The translations under genes were made by a program, and so were the position numbers. This document shows positions 60,243 to 64,000 of a stretch of 64,000 nt of DNA, piece after piece (position 1 is the first letter of the stretch; every line of letters begins with the position of its first letter). Under the pieces are notes generated by a model. It was not told the origin of the DNA, did no database searches, and worked only from the letters and a program-made list of their open reading frames with translations. This DNA is from Promethearchaeota archaeon (GTDB lineage Archaea; Asgardarchaeota; Lokiarchaeia; Sigyniarchaeales; SOKP01): positions 22,501 to 86,500 of the forward strand of contig JBHLOC010000018.1 of NCBI GenBank assembly GCA_048940925.1, written 5' to 3'.

Positions 60243-62303
60243 TTAATTTGATGCATTATTTTTATCTTTATTTTTATTAATTTTTTTAGTCTTAACTTTT
60301 TCGCCGATTTCTTCTTTAACATAAGGTTTTATGGGTTTTGAAATATCGATGGGAGCACCGCATACCCAACACGCGTTTTCTAAATCAGTTAAAGCTCGAG
60401 CACAGTTTTCACAATAAATAGCATCACAGTCGCAAATATAAATATAGCCCAATACATCTCCTTTACAAATTAGGCATATTTTCCGTTCTCTATGAATTGA
60501 AACTTTTTCTTCAACGATTTGAGCGGTTATTATTGTACTTTTTTGGAGAACTTCTTTCATGTGTTTATTTAATCCTGCTAGTTTTATACGTTCTGTTAAA
60601 GACATTTCAGCATCTTTTAGATCTTCCCATATGCTTATGTGGTCAATTAAATTCTCATGTTCAGTGGAAATTTTAATAGCTAATTGATTGAGACCAAACC
60701 TTTCAGCTATTTTTTGAGCTTGAGTTAAAAAACGCCGAGCTGTTTTCATATCTAAGGTCAATAAGGCTAATTTCGCTTTTAGAAAGTAAATTTCAGCAAA
60801 TAAAAAAACAGAATGGCTCTTTTCAGCAATAGTTAATAGTTGCCCTGTAAAATGATTAATCTCCTCTAACACATCTAAATCATTGGTTAGGCTTAATTCA
60901 GTCAGAAGTAATTCACATAAGTTAAAAAGGGCATCTATGGAGATTACATAATTTTGTTTTTTTGTTTCAATAATTTGTTTGAAAATTTCTTCAGCTTTAC
61001 CTCTATCACGGGATCGGGTACTAGTTTTTAATAATTGTGCCTTAGAAATCATATATATTAATTTAGAAAATTCATCATTTAATTGATTCTTCATTTGCTC
61101 TAATTCTTCAAGAGCCTTCCAAGCCTGTTCAAGCTTCCCTTTGTCAATTAGAATCCTAATTAAAAAATCATAATTATTAACCACAGCTGATAAATTTCCT
61201 ATTTCCTTATTTAATTTTATACTCAGTTCTATATACTCTAATGCTTGTTCTAAATCTCCTGCAATTCTATAAATTTCTGACATATTATTAAAAGCTTGAG
61301 CCATAAAGAATTTATTACCAACTTTTTTGAATATTTCTAGACTTTTTTCATAAAATAGAATACCATTATCAATTTCACCCTTAACACTGTATATTACTGC
61401 TAGACCTTCAAGGCTATATGCAATTTGAAATTGATTATGGGTTATTTCAGTAAAGGTACGACCTAATTCTGCATATTCTAAAGCTTCATCTAACTCACCT
61501 TTAGTCGTATAAATCCCACTGATGTCTCTTAACAATAATCCGGTAAAATAATTATTTTTTAGTTCCTTAAAAATGATAATTGCTTCCTCATAAATACTAA
61601 TACAGCGATCCAAATCTCCTTTATGGAAATATGTTAAACCTTTAATATAAAGGCTGAAAGCAGTTAAGATTTTATTGTTGTTTTCTTTTGAAAGAGTAAG
61701 TGATCTCTTTCCTAACATCAGAGCATTGTCTAATTCTCCTTTAAAAGTCGTAAGTATCAATGCTTTATATAATAAAGGTTTAACAAGTTCTATTTTAGCA
61801 CTAACTTCTTCGTATATTTTTATACTGCGGTCAAGGTACTCCATTCCTTTGTCTCCCTCACTTTTGATCCATGCTGAAAAAAATCCTCTCAAAACATATA
61901 TATTGGCTTCCATTAGCCTGTATTCCTCTAGTGATTCTTGGCTTTGAGACTTTAGAAGTTCTTCTGCCTGTGTTATTATTCCCTCAACTCTTATGGTGTC
62001 AGTAAGCCATATTAAAGATTCTGCCAATTTCAACAAAGCATCAATAGATAAGTAGTTTTCTCCTAATCCCAAACTCTGCTGATAGCTTTCTTCAGCAAGT
62101 TTAGATAAATCCTCCCATAAACCTTGTTGATTTAAAATCCTACATTTGAGAAGGTTAAATAATATAATATCGCGGGGTGAATATTCTCCTTTTTCCTTGA
62201 ATTTATCAATCATTTGAAGTGCTTCATCAAGCTTACCTTCAATAATGAGTTTTTCTGTCAGAAAATATTCTTCAGGTTTTTCTTTTGAATTCCGCTCGTT
62301 CAT
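60243..62303 (-). CDS. TPR protein with C-terminal RING-like Cys8 domain
   Basis: TPR repeats; CLIC...CDC..IYCENC...CWVC. Confidence 0.88.
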   Translation of the reverse strand: MNERNSKEKPEEYFLTEKLIIEGKLDEALQMIDKFKEKGEYSPRDIILFNLLKCRILNQQGLWEDLSKLAEESYQQSLGLGENYLSIDALLKLAESLIWLTDTIRVEGIITQAEELLKSQSQESLEEYRLMEANIYVLRGFFSAWIKSEGDKGMEYLDRSIKIYEEVSAKIELVKPLLYKALILTTFKGELDNALMLGKRSLTLSKENNNKILTAFSLYIKGLTYFHKGDLDRCISIYEEAIIIFKELKNNYFTGLLLRDISGIYTTKGELDEALEYAELGRTFTEITHNQFQIAYSLEGLAVIYSVKGEIDNGILFYEKSLEIFKKVGNKFFMAQAFNNMSEIYRIAGDLEQALEYIELSIKLNKEIGNLSAVVNNYDFLIRILIDKGKLEQAWKALEELEQMKNQLNDEFSKLIYMISKAQLLKTSTRSRDRGKAEEIFKQIIETKKQNYVISIDALFNLCELLLTELSLTNDLDVLEEINHFTGQLLTIAEKSHSVFLFAEIYFLKAKLALLTLDMKTARRFLTQAQKIAERFGLNQLAIKISTEHENLIDHISIWEDLKDAEMSLTERIKLAGLNKHMKEVLQKSTIITAQIVEEKVSIHRERKICLICKGDVLGYIYICDCDAIYCENCARALTDLENACWVCGAPIDISKPIKPYVKEEIGEKVKTKKINKNKDKNNASN

Positions 62304-62411
62304 TTAAGAATAATAATTACATTTTATTATTTAAAGTTTGATTGATCATTAAAAAAAAGTATTTTACTACCTTAAAAAATGCGATAGACTTAAAAAGAGT
62401 TTTATTTGTAT

Positions 62412-64000
62412 TTACTTACTTTCTTTTTTGTCTTTTATAATTTTACTTTCTTCCCCAATTTCTTCTTTAACATAAGGTTTTATGGGTTTTGAGATATCAA
62501 TAGGCATACCACATACCCAACATGCATTTTCTAAATCAGTTAATGCTCGAGCACAGTTCTCACAATAGATAGCATTGCAAGTGCAGCTGAACATAAATCC
62601 TGATATTGCACCTTTACAGACTATACAGATTTTCCTTTCCTTATGCACTGTTATTTGGTCTTCTGTAACTTGAATAGTTAAAGGAGTGCGATTATGGAGG
62701 AGAAGTTCCATTTGTTCATCCATTCCCGCTAACTTTATTCGTTCTGATAAGGAAATATCTTTCTCTTTTAAGTCATCCCACATGTTTAATTGATTACGTA
62801 ATTTATCATGTTCCAGAGAAATTTTAGTTGCCAATTGGTTATACCCCCACCTTTCTGCGATTCGCTGAGCTTGAGTTAAGTATTTTCTTGCTTCTTTCAT
62901 ATCTAAAATTAATAAGGCCATTTTTCCTTTTAGAAAATATGTTTCAGCTAAGAGATAATATGAATTTCCTTTTTCAGCAAGATCCAATAGTTGAGCAATT
63001 AGGGGATTTATTTCATCCATCACTTCTATATCGTTAATTATGCGTAATTCAGTTAAGAGTAATTCACACAAGTTAAGAAGAACTATTATGGTCAATTCAT
63101 AACTTATATCCTTATTTTTGAGGAGTTGATTGAATATTTTTTCGGCCTTAACCCTATTGCGGGCTCGAAGACTTGTTTTCAATAGCAAAGCCTTATTAAA
63201 AAGATAAGCTAAATTGCTTTCTTTGTCTTTTAATTGACTATTTATTTGCTCCCAATTATGAAGAAAATTCTGAGCTCTTTCAAGATCGCCCTTATCAATT
63301 AATATTTGAATTAAAAAATCGTGAACAGTAGCAATGCCTCTTAAGTTTCTCAATTCTTGCTGTAGTGCCAGACTTTGTTCTAAGCACTCTAATGCTCGAT
63401 CCAACTCTCCTTTTATTCTATATTTTTCACCCACATTGTTAAGGAGAACCGCTATCAACCTTTTATTGTTAAGTTCCTTAAAAAGTGCCAAGCTCTGCTC
63501 TAAAAGCATAATACAGTGGTCTAAATCCCCTCGAAAGTAATATACAGCAGCTATACGATTAAAGCTATTAGCAATGTAAAATTTTTTAGTGCTTTCCTTG
63601 GCAAGAGCTAAGCTTCGCTCCGCATATTTTGAAGCACGAATTAATTCACCTTTATATTTGGCTAGTATATATGCGATCTCAGAAAGAGATTGGTTAATTT
63701 CATGTTTAATCCCTAATTTTTCTCGTAGTGCTAAGCTGTACTCATAATGCTTTAACACCTGATCTATATCACCTTTATATTCGTTAAATACTCCTTTAAG
63801 GTATGCTATATTAGCCTCTCTTTGCGTGTAAGCTGTTGGTTCTTTTTCTGGTGAGTTTTTTAATAGTTCTTCTCCCTGATTAATAATATCGTTAGCTTTA
63901 TCGAACATATCAAGGAATATTAAAGCAAAAGCCATCCACTTTAATGCATCAATTGATAGGAAATTTTTTCCTAATCCTAAACTCTCATTATATGTTTCTT
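62412..64000 (-). CDS. TPR protein with C-terminal RING-like Cys8 domain, 5'-truncated by the window edge
   Basis: Frame continues upstream of 63935 (LGLGKNFLSIDALKW, matching the paralogs); CIVC...CTC..IYCENC...CWVC. Confidence 0.88.
   Translation of the reverse strand, partial: ETYNESLGLGKNFLSIDALKWMAFALIFLDMFDKANDIINQGEELLKNSPEKEPTAYTQREANIAYLKGVFNEYKGDIDQVLKHYEYSLALREKLGIKHEINQSLSEIAYILAKYKGELIRASKYAERSLALAKESTKKFYIANSFNRIAAVYYFRGDLDHCIMLLEQSLALFKELNNKRLIAVLLNNVGEKYRIKGELDRALECLEQSLALQQELRNLRGIATVHDFLIQILIDKGDLERAQNFLHNWEQINSQLKDKESNLAYLFNKALLLKTSLRARNRVKAEKIFNQLLKNKDISYELTIIVLLNLCELLLTELRIINDIEVMDEINPLIAQLLDLAEKGNSYYLLAETYFLKGKMALLILDMKEARKYLTQAQRIAERWGYNQLATKISLEHDKLRNQLNMWDDLKEKDISLSERIKLAGMDEQMELLLHNRTPLTIQVTEDQITVHKERKICIVCKGAISGFMFSCTCNAIYCENCARALTDLENACWVCGMPIDISKPIKPYVKEEIGEESKIIKDKKESK

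Noticed and set aside
1341-63540. Short opposite-strand or overlapping ORFs in the track (e.g. 2682-3005, 4872-5210, 33604-33828, 47843-48244, 49471-49827, 59421-59834)
   Set aside because: They are shadows of well-supported genes and have no motifs of their own.
1-64000. CRISPR arrays, transposases, integrases, 16S/23S rRNA, tRNA genes
   Set aside because: None recognised by eye; a split or permuted tRNA could have been missed without a covariance search.

Overview
AT-rich archaeal chromosomal window, very likely from an Asgard archaeon (Lokiarchaeia/Promethearchaeia-like). This is inferred from four Rab-like small GTPases, a longin-roadblock fusion, an eL22-like ribosomal protein, form III RuBisCO, TPR proteins with a RING-like Cys cluster and GAGGTG-type Shine-Dalgarno motifs. 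Most of the window is housekeeping and metabolic genes. Three signals stand out. (1) A circularly permuted 5S rRNA gene (27076-27196): the canonical 3' half precedes the 5' half, the natural ends are joined by a UUCG loop, and a terminal bulge-helix-bulge (BHB)-like motif would on cleavage and ligation give a 121-nt circle restoring the conserved CCGAACCCGGAA/GUUAA sequence. (2) A 30-nt BHB-type intron (23358-23387) splitting the P-loop Lys codon of an HhH-fused aIF2-gamma gene. (3) A tail-anchored Rab-like GTPase with permuted motif order G3-G4-G5-G1-G2 (38169-38999). Items 1 and 2 suggest the tRNA-splicing machinery is used to mature two core translation components. Also seen: several genes that appear to need ATT/ATA start codons, an att-like duplication of the aIF1A 3' end around a pseudogene, a ~90-nt orphan hairpin, a ~200-aa insertion in an ABC ATPase domain and an unannotated 34-aa zinc-finger ORF. 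All calls were made by eye; no searches were run.
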